DNA of 64,000 bases from Planctomycetota bacterium (lineage in GTDB: Bacteria; Planctomycetota; UBA1135; UBA2386): positions 4,704,001-4,768,000 of the forward strand of contig OZ245838.1 in the NCBI GenBank assembly GCA_965228735.1, given 5' to 3'. Positions 10,394-19,355 of this stretch are shown here, in pieces (position 1 is the first letter of the stretch; every line of letters starts with the position of its first letter). The notes beneath the pieces were generated by a model. It ran no database searches. It was not told the origin of the DNA and saw only the letters and a list, made by a program, of their open reading frames with translations. The position numbers and the translations under genes are program-made.

Positions 10394-10927
10394 TCAGCGG
10401 CTGAGGATCTTCATCACGATGAGCGCGCCATCGTTCTCGTAGCCAGCTTCCGCCGCCGCAGCGAGTTGCTCACGGACCCATTGATCATCGAACAGACGCC
10501 ACCCACGCTCGCGAAAGTGGACCTCAAGCCCTGTCCGATCCGTTGAACGGGCGATCTTGCCTGTCGCGAGGCACAGAGTGACCGTCGGATCACGGCTGCA
10601 CATCCCGATCGAAGTGAGCTGGCTAGCTAGATTCGATAGCACGACGTCGCGGAGCTTCGAGTCAGTGAACAGCTTGAAGCGGTTCGGGTCGCGGAACTCA
10701 CCGTCGTTGAACCGCACGCCGTGCGAGTCGAAGTACGACTTGCACTCGACGACCAGCAGCTCGTTCGTCGCGCCGCGGTACGCAACGACGTCGATCTCCC
10801 ACCGTGGGGATGACGGACGACCGATCGCGACCTTCTGTGCCTTCGACAGCTCGACCTTCACGCTGGTGTCGGTCCAGTAGCCCTCGCGGCGGAGAAGCAG
10901 AGCGATCAGAGACTCGAAGGCGTCCAT
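10394..10927 (-). CDS. PD-(D/E)XK restriction-endonuclease-like protein
   Basis: AFESLI...EIDVVAY...VECKSY motif. Confidence 0.8.
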   Translation of the reverse strand: MDAFESLIALLLRREGYWTDTSVKVELSKAQKVAIGRPSSPRWEIDVVAYRGATNELLVVECKSYFDSHGVRFNDGEFRDPNRFKLFTDSKLRDVVLSNLASQLTSIGMCSRDPTVTLCLATGKIARSTDRTGLEVHFRERGWRLFDDQWVREQLAAAAEAGYENDGALIVMKILSR

Positions 10928-10946
10928 GTCAGGGCGTCCGATGCTC

Positions 10947-11576
10947 TCACGCGGGGCCAATGAGTGTGATCGGCTCCTCGTAGTGCCCCTTGACCTCCTC
11001 TGCGCTTGTCGCGTCACCCGTGTTCGCCGCGAGCAGGATTAGTGGTCTCCCGGGGTTGGCGTTGCAGACTTCTTGGACTGCATCTCGCAGATCGGCGTAG
11101 GTTTCGAACTCCGCGTGGGTTCCGAAGTAGGCCGCAAGAACGCGTAGTTGGGTCTCGACGACGAGGAGCTTCCACGCGGCGTACTTAACCCAGTCCTTCC
11201 CTTTCTTGCTCTCGGTCTCGGCGACCATCAACGGCGGGCCCCACGGTTCGTCTTGGTCCCAGACCATGACATCGATGGTCAAGTACTCGGAGTAGTCTTC
11301 GCTGTCCCGGTTCTTGATGTGCGCGACCTCGAGGTTCTTGTGCGAGAACACCTGCTTTCCGACCTCGGCCAACGCGCTAGTGACAACTGGCGTCCACGCC
11401 CTGTTGCCGAGCCACTTCTTCGGTAGCTCTTCCTCGGTTGCCAGGTGCTTGAAGAACATGGCCCCGACCTCTTCGGCGTTCGCTTGGCGCGTTTCCTTCA
11501 CGGGAAAGACGATAGCGCGCGTCGCGAATTGCGTCACGCCATGCGTGGCCACAGCGCGGCGTGAGCGCGCCGCCAC
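10947..11576 (-). CDS. Hypothetical protein, possible PD-(D/E)XK fold (start uncertain)
   Basis: EYLTIDVMVW...VAETES...WKLL pattern. Confidence 0.55.
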   Translation of the reverse strand: MAARSRRAVATHGVTQFATRAIVFPVKETRQANAEEVGAMFFKHLATEEELPKKWLGNRAWTPVVTSALAEVGKQVFSHKNLEVAHIKNRDSEDYSEYLTIDVMVWDQDEPWGPPLMVAETESKKGKDWVKYAAWKLLVVETQLRVLAAYFGTHAEFETYADLRDAVQEVCNANPGRPLILLAANTGDATSAEEVKGHYEEPITLIGPA

Positions 11577-11627
11577 CTGGTGCTAGCGACAAGGCACGGC
11601 CTCGCGGGCTTCGGCTAACCTCTTCTC

Positions 11628-11849
11628 TCAAGCCATTCGCGCACGCGCTTCTGCCTCGGCGTCGCCGCGATCGGCGAACAACGTCAGGTTCCGGCCGCAC
11701 GACAGCCCGCCGCGAAACTGCAGCTCGAGGTCGCGGAGCGAGGTCTCGAACAGGATATCGATGAGCTCGCTGTGATGCGTCGGGTCGACGACGGCCCAAA
11801 TCCGGTCGGAAGGGCCGAGCCGCATCGATCTCGCGTCGTTCCCGCTCAC
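11628..11849 (-). CDS. Small hypothetical protein
   Basis: GTGA-coupled to the upstream ORF. Confidence 0.6.
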   Translation of the reverse strand: MSGNDARSMRLGPSDRIWAVVDPTHHSELIDILFETSLRDLELQFRGGLSCGRNLTLFADRGDAEAEARARMA

Positions 11850-12322
11850 CGCGAGCCCTCGACTGCCGCCTGCAGCACTGCAATCGCCTCCCGCATCGCC
11901 GCCCGCAGCCGGTCGGCCTCGGCACGACTCTCAGCTTGGACTTGGTCGGCGAACTGGCGAACTAAGCCTTCGACGTCCATTGAGGGGGCTGCGGCCCTTG
12001 GGCGGCGCGTGCCGCGCTTTCTCGCCGGGTGCGCTGCTTGTTCCGTGCTCGCTGTAGCGGCGCCCTGTTGCTGCGACAGGAGGCGTCGCGCCGCTTTGAC
12101 GCTCGCCGCCGTGATCCGGGTGCCGTGCAGGGCGGCCTGCGCCTTCGCGTCATCGAGGGAGATCGCGGGGTTTTGGGTGAGGATGTGGAGCGCGACTAGG
12201 ATCGGCTCACGGACTTTCGGGTAGCGCGACTTCAGTTCGGTGAACTGTGCGGTCCAGGTGTTGGCGGGGGATGCGGGGGGCGTTTCGGTCGCGGATTCAA
12301 CCGCAGCTTCTGTCGTCGTCAT
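11846..12322 (-). CDS. Hypothetical protein, basic and coiled-coil, possibly DNA-binding
   Basis: ORF from ATG at 12322 with coding-like composition. Confidence 0.6.
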   Translation of the reverse strand: MTTTEAAVESATETPPASPANTWTAQFTELKSRYPKVREPILVALHILTQNPAISLDDAKAQAALHGTRITAASVKAARRLLSQQQGAATASTEQAAHPARKRGTRRPRAAAPSMDVEGLVRQFADQVQAESRAEADRLRAAMREAIAVLQAAVEGSR

Positions 12323-12501
12323 TCGAGTCTTGCGGGGTAGAGCGGGTTTGGCGGAAGCCTGCGGAGTGCATGCTCCGGCTGGCGAATGAGGTTCCGCCGA
12401 GCCATTGCATGAACGCTCAGCGTCCGCCCCATCATCAAGTCGTTCCTGCGGGATTGTGCGGGAACCCCCAAGTGTCAAGGACCGCCTGATCGGAGCCACC
12501 C

Positions 12502-12624
12502 CAGTTCGGCCAAACGGAGCCACCTCGCGAGGCCGGTTTCGGGTTGGCACAGAGCGTGGTCACCGTTCGGCACGAACGCCCGATCGCGTCCGGCACGAAT
12601 CGCGCTCAGTTCGGCCAAACGGAG
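12502..12624. repeat. 18-bp direct repeat CAGTTCGGCCAAACGGAG, two copies
   Basis: At 12502-12519 and 12607-12624, with two CGGCACGAA copies between them. Confidence 0.8.
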
Positions 12625-12754
12625 TCGCGAAAGCCCCTGCCCGGTTATCCGCGGCGGCGATTCCAGTTTGGCCCGGGAAACCGCGCGGTTCGACGGTCGC
12701 GGACTTCCGGCGCTCGGCGCCCACCGTGCGCGCCTCAGCCTAACGACAGTTAGG

Positions 12755-14035
12755 TTATTCGAACTCGGAGTGCGGCGACCTGCCCGGCAAGCTCGGACAT
12801 CGACTCGCGACTCGGCACCAAGGGTAGCTAGCGGTTGCGGGATCGAAGTCGCGAACGACGTAGACTTCATCGAGTTGCCGCAGCGATTCGAACCCTGTGC
12901 TCCGAGCTCTATCGATGAACTCATCCCAATCGACAAACGGCTCGGACGTGTGGACAACGAGCCATCTTTCAGCATAGGGCTCACGATCAATCGTGAACGG
13001 TTTGCTGTCCTTCACCTGGATGAGACGCTCCACTTCGTGATGTAGGTCAGCAGCGCTCCAAACCCTCACCTGTTCCGAGTGGGTGGTGAGCGCATCGAGG
13101 CGTTCGGCAGCAGTTTGGGCGGCCTGCATCGCCTGATAGCGCTCCCGCGAGCGCGGGATGTTGCGCTCGATCAGCTTCTGGTCGGTCAGTTCGACGACTT
13201 CGAACCCAATCAAGCCACCGCATTCGTCACGCCCAAGAACATCAGGAGGCGTCTGCGGCTTGGTCTCGACACGGGCCTGGACAGATCGCACTTTCCGCAC
13301 ACCCGCAGAGTTGAGTGAGTCTGTCAGGTCGCGGACGACTCCCAACTCGACGAGCTTCTTGTCGGGCCACGCACGGCCGCCGCCTGGCACCAGCATTCTG
13401 GGGCAGCGCCGGGCGCTAGCGCAGATTTCGCTGTGATCCTGAATGAGGCGGTGGACCCTCGACCCCAGGCCAAAACCCAGTCGGCTTGACAGATTCGCAG
13501 CGCGGACTGCTACCTGGCTAGCAGATGGGAGCGGCTCTAGGTTCACTTCGATCACGCGCTCCGACAACGCTGCGACAAAGCCAGCTTCGAAGACGGCGCT
13601 TGTGCCGCCGAGCTCGACCGCGACAGCTTCGATGTTCAGCGACGTCGTTCGCGGCAGGTTTGGGAAAATGGGACCTCGAACTAGTTGTCGGCGAAAGGCC
13701 CATGTGTCGCGCAGCGGCCACAGATCGAACGCCACGCCATCCGCGATGGCCCGGACACCACCAAATGCCGTGTGAGAAACTGCCTGAAGACCGCAAGCAC
13801 GAACCAGCGAATCGAGCTCGGTAGGACTTTCTACGTCCACCGCGATATCGATATCGCGCGGCTTGGCGTGAGCCCCCGAAAGGACGGCGTCTCGGACTAG
13901 CCCCCCAAGCACGAAGCCTCTCGTGCCGGATTGGTTCAACTCGTTCGCCACGACGTGAACGAGGCGCGCCGCTGGGGTTTCCTGCTCCAACCACAGGTCG
14001 AAACACCTACGAATCCATGCAGGATCAACCACCAC
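12755..14035 (-). CDS. CCA/poly(A)-polymerase-head nucleotidyltransferase fused to a PD-(D/E)XK-like C-terminal domain
   Basis: FVLGGLVRD...PRDIDIAV at the N-terminus; PPDV...GFEVVEL at the C-terminus; probable GTG start overlaps the dGTPase stop. Confidence 0.72.
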   Translation of the reverse strand: MVVDPAWIRRCFDLWLEQETPAARLVHVVANELNQSGTRGFVLGGLVRDAVLSGAHAKPRDIDIAVDVESPTELDSLVRACGLQAVSHTAFGGVRAIADGVAFDLWPLRDTWAFRRQLVRGPIFPNLPRTTSLNIEAVAVELGGTSAVFEAGFVAALSERVIEVNLEPLPSASQVAVRAANLSSRLGFGLGSRVHRLIQDHSEICASARRCPRMLVPGGGRAWPDKKLVELGVVRDLTDSLNSAGVRKVRSVQARVETKPQTPPDVLGRDECGGLIGFEVVELTDQKLIERNIPRSRERYQAMQAAQTAAERLDALTTHSEQVRVWSAADLHHEVERLIQVKDSKPFTIDREPYAERWLVVHTSEPFVDWDEFIDRARSTGFESLRQLDEVYVVRDFDPATASYPWCRVASRCPSLPGRSPHSEFE

Positions 14036-15401
14036 GGATCTCCTGGTGTAGACGACAAGCGTAGCCATCCGTCATTCCACACACATGATCCGTGACGAGC
14101 TGAAGCCGTAGATACTCCTCGGGCAGGCCGCCTCCCCAGTTCTTCTCAAAGACTCGCCGGTAGTTCTCGGAGATCAGGCCGTAAGCGCGGGTTGCAATCC
14201 CTTCCCGAATCTTCCGGTCTGGAGCCCCAGGACCGGCGTGCGCTGCCCCCATCCAGAAGAAGTCCATGAGGTTGCTGATGACGCGCCGACCGAGCAGTTC
14301 CAGCTTGACCGTTTCTGCACTCGGGTAGACGTGCGTTCTGGCGAACTTCTTGCACTTGTCGATCAACTCACCCTCTTCCGTGCCGTCCAGCAACTCGCCA
14401 TGGAATCTGCCCTCGACGATCTCTGACCGAATCTCTTGGAATCTTCGACACGCCGCCTCAGCCGCCTTCGCGATGAACTTCACGCGAAAGAACTGGGAGA
14501 GGGCCTCCTCTAGAGCTTGGCCGGAGAGGTTGCTTGCATGCTTCTCGATGTATTGACGCGACTCGCTGGCGAGCTTCTCCCCGATCGCGGACGTGGAGAT
14601 TGCCGCTTCGACCGCTGCCCATGACGTGACGGCCTTCTTGACGCCGTCTTCGATATCAACCACTGAGAAGCAAATGTCGTCAGCCGCTTCCATGAGCAGC
14701 GTGAGCGGATTCCTGGCACCGTCAGGAACATCCGTGTGCTCTCGCACTTTCGCCACGAGTTCCGCCTCGGACTGAAAGAACCCGGGCTTCTTGACAGCAT
14801 GCAGCTCGCCAAGCCCGTCCGACGACGCAGCATACTTTTGCAGCGCCGACATGGTGGCACAGGTCAGGTTGAGCCCGTCATCTCGAGCGAGAATCTGCAG
14901 GCGAGACACCAACCGGATCGTCTGAGCATTCCCTTCGAAGTTCTCGAAGTCAGTGCGATGGGGGCCCGAGAGATTCTTGATCTGGTCATCTCCAGCGTGC
15001 CGAATGAACCAATCGCGAATCGCTCCTTCGCCAGCGTGTCCGAAGGGCGGGTTCCCCAGGTCGTGCAGAAGGGCGACTGTCGCGACAATGGTCTCGATCG
15101 ATCTAGCGGCCTGTGCGTCAACCCGTCCCTCGCCTTCCTCCGACGAAGCGACGCAGCGAGCCAAGCCACGGGCAACCGACGAAACCTCCATCGAATGGGT
15201 CAGGCGTGTCCTGACCGCATCCGTGGGGTCCAAGGGAAAGACCTGAGCCTTGTCCTGGAGCCGCCTCACCGGTGAGCAGAAAACAGCCCGCCCGTAGTCT
15301 CGATCGAACGGAGTCCGTCCAACGTCGTCGGTCTGGTCGGGATCGCCGTCGGGGAGATCGGCGATGCGAACGGCTGACAGCAGCTTGTCCCAAGTCATCA
15401 T
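14025..15401 (-). CDS. dgt: dGTP triphosphohydrolase (HD domain)
   Basis: RRLQDKAQVF, RTRLTHSMEV, HDLGNPPFGHAGE, FEGNAQ, EAADDI and GMTD motifs. Confidence 0.93.
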   Translation of the reverse strand: MMTWDKLLSAVRIADLPDGDPDQTDDVGRTPFDRDYGRAVFCSPVRRLQDKAQVFPLDPTDAVRTRLTHSMEVSSVARGLARCVASSEEGEGRVDAQAARSIETIVATVALLHDLGNPPFGHAGEGAIRDWFIRHAGDDQIKNLSGPHRTDFENFEGNAQTIRLVSRLQILARDDGLNLTCATMSALQKYAASSDGLGELHAVKKPGFFQSEAELVAKVREHTDVPDGARNPLTLLMEAADDICFSVVDIEDGVKKAVTSWAAVEAAISTSAIGEKLASESRQYIEKHASNLSGQALEEALSQFFRVKFIAKAAEAACRRFQEIRSEIVEGRFHGELLDGTEEGELIDKCKKFARTHVYPSAETVKLELLGRRVISNLMDFFWMGAAHAGPGAPDRKIREGIATRAYGLISENYRRVFEKNWGGGLPEEYLRLQLVTDHVCGMTDGYACRLHQEIRGG

Positions 15402-15499
15402 CGAGAAGCGGCGCTCCACTCCGCTCGACGTCACATCGGCGACGCTCACTCTGTGGCGTGGCCCTTCGTCGTTCTATCGGGAACGGCCAAGAACCCGCC

Positions 15500-15945
15500 A
15501 ACGACAGCCGAGAATGTCCGTTGGCTCGCACCGGAAGAACACCCGCAGCCTCAGCCACCCCGGACGGGATGGGCGACCCTCGGTCGGAGGGTTATGTGAA
15601 CGCTAACCTCGTGGTGCAACTGAAGCAAACGGCGTGCGTTCTGATGCGTCCACCACCCTCGAAATCGGTTTCAGATTCTGGGCGTCCAGAGTCTCTCAGC
15701 CCCGGTGACCAGGCGAACGCTTGCTGTGCGCCAGTGGTTGTGACCGACGCAGGCCGAAGGCAGCGAGCGCTCGGACCAAGATCGCCCTGGAGGTAGGTCC
15801 TGCGGCCACCCGCGCCCAAGTCAGCCTCTCGTCGGCTCGGCCCTGGCTTGCTCCCGTGAACGAAGGTAGGAACGGAGTTGCTTCCCCGGGAAAGGCACGT
15901 CGGCAGAACTCCGAGGTCCTTTCGATGCCCTTTCGGGGTAGTTGT
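15500..15945 (+). ncRNA. Candidate structured RNA upstream of the RT
   Basis: About 560-bp intergenic gap with stems at 15576-15592, 15673-15694, 15873-15913 and 15926-15940; expression not demonstrated. Confidence 0.3.
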
Positions 15946-15962
15946 CCGGATCAGCATCCACC

Positions 15963-17873
15963 ATGGCCCAGAAGGACAACCAGCTCTGGAACGAACTGCT
16001 CGACATCAGGGAGCTGAAGAAGGGGTGGCATCAGGCTCACCACGAGTATCGGCGCGACTTCGCCGAAGATCCGTTGCATGTCGATGCATACGCCGCTGCG
16101 CTCGACAGGCACCTCGCCGACATCCGCCATCGGCTGAGTCGTGGCCGCTATCGACCTCGGCCAGCCCTTCGGTGTGAGGTCCCGAAGGGGCCTCTGGGGT
16201 ATCGCCCCGGGACGGTGATCGACATCGAGGATCGCGTCGTTCTGTATTCCGCGATCCGGCAGATCGCACCCGCGATCGACGAGCAACTCTCGGATTCCGT
16301 GTTCAGTTGGCGTCTCAAGAACCCGCTCCCGCGGAGCGACTGGATGTTCAAGGACACCACCATCGAGGACATGCCGTATCTCAAGAGCCGAACGGTGTCG
16401 AACCACATCGACCAGTTCGAATACTGGCTCTCGGCGTGGCCGGAGTTTGATAACGCCGGGCGAGCGGCGTTCACCGAGAAGGGGCATCGTTTCATGGCGA
16501 CTTGCGACATCGCCGCCTACTTCGAGAACATCCACCTCGGGATACTCCGTGACAAGCTGATGCAGTGGGTCCCGATCGAGCCGCGCATCATCAACCTCAT
16601 CGTGACGTGCCTGTCCTACTGGTGTCCAAGAACACCAAGCGGCGGGAACGAAGCACGCGGGATTCCGCAAGGGACCGGCGTTTCAAGTTTCCTCGGCAAC
16701 GTCTTCCTGAAGGGCCTGGATGACCGGCTCGAAGAACTCGCCAAGCAGTGCGAAGCGGACTACCAGAGATACATGGATGACGTTCGCTTCTTCGCCAAGC
16801 GACGCGAGGATGCTCGGCGTGCGATCCTGATCATGGAACGGACGTTGCGTGAACTGCATCTAAACGTGCAGTCCGCGAAGACCAAGATCCTCGACGAAGA
16901 CTCGGGAGAGATTAGCGAGGCGCTTGTGGATCAGCGTCTGGACGACATCGACGAGATGGAAGACGAGATTCGGGCGCGAGACGAAGACGACGAGGCTGCG
17001 AAGCGTGGCTTCCTAGCGAACCTCAAGCGCCTGGAAGGACGACAGTCGCGGAGCGACAGGCAGGCCATCAAGGCGGCGAGGAAGCCTCTGACTGGCCTCA
17101 CGTTGAGGCTGTTCAAGCGGTGGGTATCGTGCCACAGGTTGCTTGGCTCGCACGACTACGTGAAGCGGCTTCAGAAAGAGGTGGAGCGTACCTCGGACGC
17201 CAAGCTGACGAGCATCATCATACGCACGGCTCGTGACTTCCCCTCCCTACGGTCGATCGCGGGGTGGAGCATGAAGTTCATCCACAGCGAGCTGAACGTG
17301 TTCGCTCACCAGGAAGCGGAGTTACTTCGGGCGATTCGGAATCTCGCGCGGGTCCCCGAGGACGCCGCTGACCACGCTTGGAAAGTCCTGTTGGACACGG
17401 ATGCAGACCCATACCTCAGGATGCAGGCGGGGTTCCTGCTGTCGAGGACGGAGTTGACGAAGCAGCGCCTTAGCACGGTCGCGAACCGCTACGACCAGGA
17501 AACGGACTCGTTCGTGTCGCCCGTCTGGTGTCTCTTGCTGATCCAGCGACGGAGGCAGAGCGAAGTGCTGTTGGCAGACATGATGTCCGATCCCGTTGAC
17601 CGCGTCAGAAGGCTGGGGTGGATGTTCTACCGAGCTGCCAAGGACGAGGCGTGGTGTCGGAAACAGCTCGACTACGTGTTCGGCCCGGTGCGCGCAGCGC
17701 GCCTGTCCGGCTACATGCCGATTGTCTGGGCTGCGGCAAACTGTGGGACACAGGCGGTCCAGCGTGCCCTATTGGAAAAGGTCAACGTCGCGAAGGCGGC
17801 TTGCCTGCACGTTGATCTGCGTCCAACGCTCGAGGCGATCCAGGCACGATTGGAACGGGCTGCGACCGCGTAG
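15963..17873 (+). CDS. Reverse transcriptase, UG/Abi (DRT-like) type, with helical-repeat C-terminus
   Basis: VPK...RP, DIAAYFENI, GIPQG, YMDD and NVQSAKT motifs; no retron NAxxH/VTG motif and no maturase domain seen. Confidence 0.9.
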   Translation: MAQKDNQLWNELLDIRELKKGWHQAHHEYRRDFAEDPLHVDAYAAALDRHLADIRHRLSRGRYRPRPALRCEVPKGPLGYRPGTVIDIEDRVVLYSAIRQIAPAIDEQLSDSVFSWRLKNPLPRSDWMFKDTTIEDMPYLKSRTVSNHIDQFEYWLSAWPEFDNAGRAAFTEKGHRFMATCDIAAYFENIHLGILRDKLMQWVPIEPRIINLIVTCLSYWCPRTPSGGNEARGIPQGTGVSSFLGNVFLKGLDDRLEELAKQCEADYQRYMDDVRFFAKRREDARRAILIMERTLRELHLNVQSAKTKILDEDSGEISEALVDQRLDDIDEMEDEIRARDEDDEAAKRGFLANLKRLEGRQSRSDRQAIKAARKPLTGLTLRLFKRWVSCHRLLGSHDYVKRLQKEVERTSDAKLTSIIIRTARDFPSLRSIAGWSMKFIHSELNVFAHQEAELLRAIRNLARVPEDAADHAWKVLLDTDADPYLRMQAGFLLSRTELTKQRLSTVANRYDQETDSFVSPVWCLLLIQRRRQSEVLLADMMSDPVDRVRRLGWMFYRAAKDEAWCRKQLDYVFGPVRAARLSGYMPIVWAAANCGTQAVQRALLEKVNVAKAACLHVDLRPTLEAIQARLERAATA

Positions 17874-17946
17874 TTGCCGCGGATCTCTGCTTTCGTCTCC
17901 GCGATGCGTCGCTCGGATGGTGCAGCTTTCGGGGCCGCCTCGCGAC

Positions 17947-18819
17947 CTACGCCCCAACCGCCGCCCGCAGCCGCCCCCTGTCCACCCGCGCGTAGATCGC
18001 CGTCGACACGACCGATGCGTGGCTCAGCGCATCCTGAACTAACCGCAGGTCGCCGGTCTTCGCGAGCAGCCCGCAGGCGAACGTGTGCCGCAAGCTGTGC
18101 GCGCTCTTGCCGCGGATCTCTGCCTTCGTGAACCAGTCCGAGATGCGTCGCTGCGCGTGCCGCGTGGACACTCGCCTCCTATCCGCGAGGAATACCGGTC
18201 CCGATGCTCGATCGCCGACGAATCCGCGCAGTTTGCTGGCTAGCGCCTTCGGCACGAGCACCGTTGACGGCCGGTCGTTCTTCGCACGTCGAACCGTGAT
18301 CTCGCCGTGCTCGAGGTCGAGGTCCTCGATGTTGAGCGCAAGCGCGCTGCCTATCCGCATGCCAGTGCCGAGCAGCAGCTCGATGAGCATCCGGTCTCGC
18401 TCCGCATGCTCGCCCGTGGCCGCGGCGAGCACTGCGAGCAGCCGCTCATGCTCGTCGGCGTGCAGTGATTTCGGAGGGGGCGGGGAGCATCGAGCTCGAC
18501 GCAGAAGCCGTGCGGGGTTCGCGGCGACCAGTCCGGCGTCGTGAAGATGGGCGCAGAAGCAGCGGACGCTCGTACGCATCGCGTTGAGCGACGTGTTCTT
18601 CTTCGAGCCGCCGTGGCTGCTGACGCGCGCGGCGTCGTCAGCGAAGAACTGGGCGAGCAACTCGCGGCTCAGGCACGCGACCTTGCGTTCTGCGTCGCGG
18701 TCGTGAAGCCAGGCGATCAGCGCGGTCACGTGACGGCGGTACTGGTTGATCGTGTGCGGCGAGCGGCCGTCGGCGCGGAGCTGCACCAGGAAGGCTTGGA
18801 GGGCGTCTTGGAGGTCCAT
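17947..18819 (-). CDS. XerC/D-like tyrosine recombinase (element A)
   Basis: GMRIGS, AKND, HSLRH, LSH, IYA; same 873-bp length as the paralog at 53607. Confidence 0.92.
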   Translation of the reverse strand: MDLQDALQAFLVQLRADGRSPHTINQYRRHVTALIAWLHDRDAERKVACLSRELLAQFFADDAARVSSHGGSKKNTSLNAMRTSVRCFCAHLHDAGLVAANPARLLRRARCSPPPPKSLHADEHERLLAVLAAATGEHAERDRMLIELLLGTGMRIGSALALNIEDLDLEHGEITVRRAKNDRPSTVLVPKALASKLRGFVGDRASGPVFLADRRRVSTRHAQRRISDWFTKAEIRGKSAHSLRHTFACGLLAKTGDLRLVQDALSHASVVSTAIYARVDRGRLRAAVGA

Positions 18820-19183
18820 GGCTACATGCAGCCATGGGCGGGCCGGGGTCATCAAGTCACATTCCTGGGTCGACTGGCTCAGCAACAAGCAGTCCGTTTG
18901 TGTCCCAATTATCCCGACTCCATCAGCGTCCCTTGAACGGCCTGCCCAGTTCCTCACCATGTCTGATGGCCGACCGTCGCTTACAGCTCTCCGGTTGGTC
19001 AAGCTCGGCCCACCGACTCGCCAAAGGGCGGTGGGCTGGGCGTTCACTCGTGGCCGGGCATCGGAAAAATGGCCCAGGCTCGGGCATGGCAAGCCTGGGG
19101 CCGGGCAGCCGAGCTTCCATGCTTTGGCCCGGCTGCCGGAGTTCAGGCTAGCATTACGCCCCGATCTGACACAGTGGCAGATT

Positions 19184-19210
19184 CACCGTTGAAACACCGT
19201 TGACCAACGG
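19184..19210 (+). promoter_or_regulatory. Palindromic accessory motif CACCGTT-N4-AACGG, copy 1
   Basis: TGAAACACCGTTGACCAACGG; matches 28282-28302 at 20 of 21 positions. Confidence 0.55.
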
Positions 19211-19227
19211 CAAATCCGGCGCCTTCC

Positions 19228-19255
19228 GCGTCACATTCGGGGGGAAATGCGACGC
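19228..19255 (+). other. dif-like recombination site 2
   Basis: GCGTCACATTC-GGGGGG-AAATGCGACGC, about 400 bp upstream of the XerC-like gene. Confidence 0.62.
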
Positions 19256-19355
19256 GCTCGGTTGGGGTTCACCTTGGTCAAGTTCCCGCGAGCTTTGTGC
19301 GTCCCGAAGATCCGTCGAGCGGACAGCAGTGGTCCAGAGGTACAGCTCGTGATCG

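Noticed and set aside
15963..17873. RT as retron, group II intron or DGR
   Set aside because: No NAxxH/VTG retron motifs, no maturase or intron structure recognised, and PQGTGVSS rather than the DGR GxxxSQ motif.
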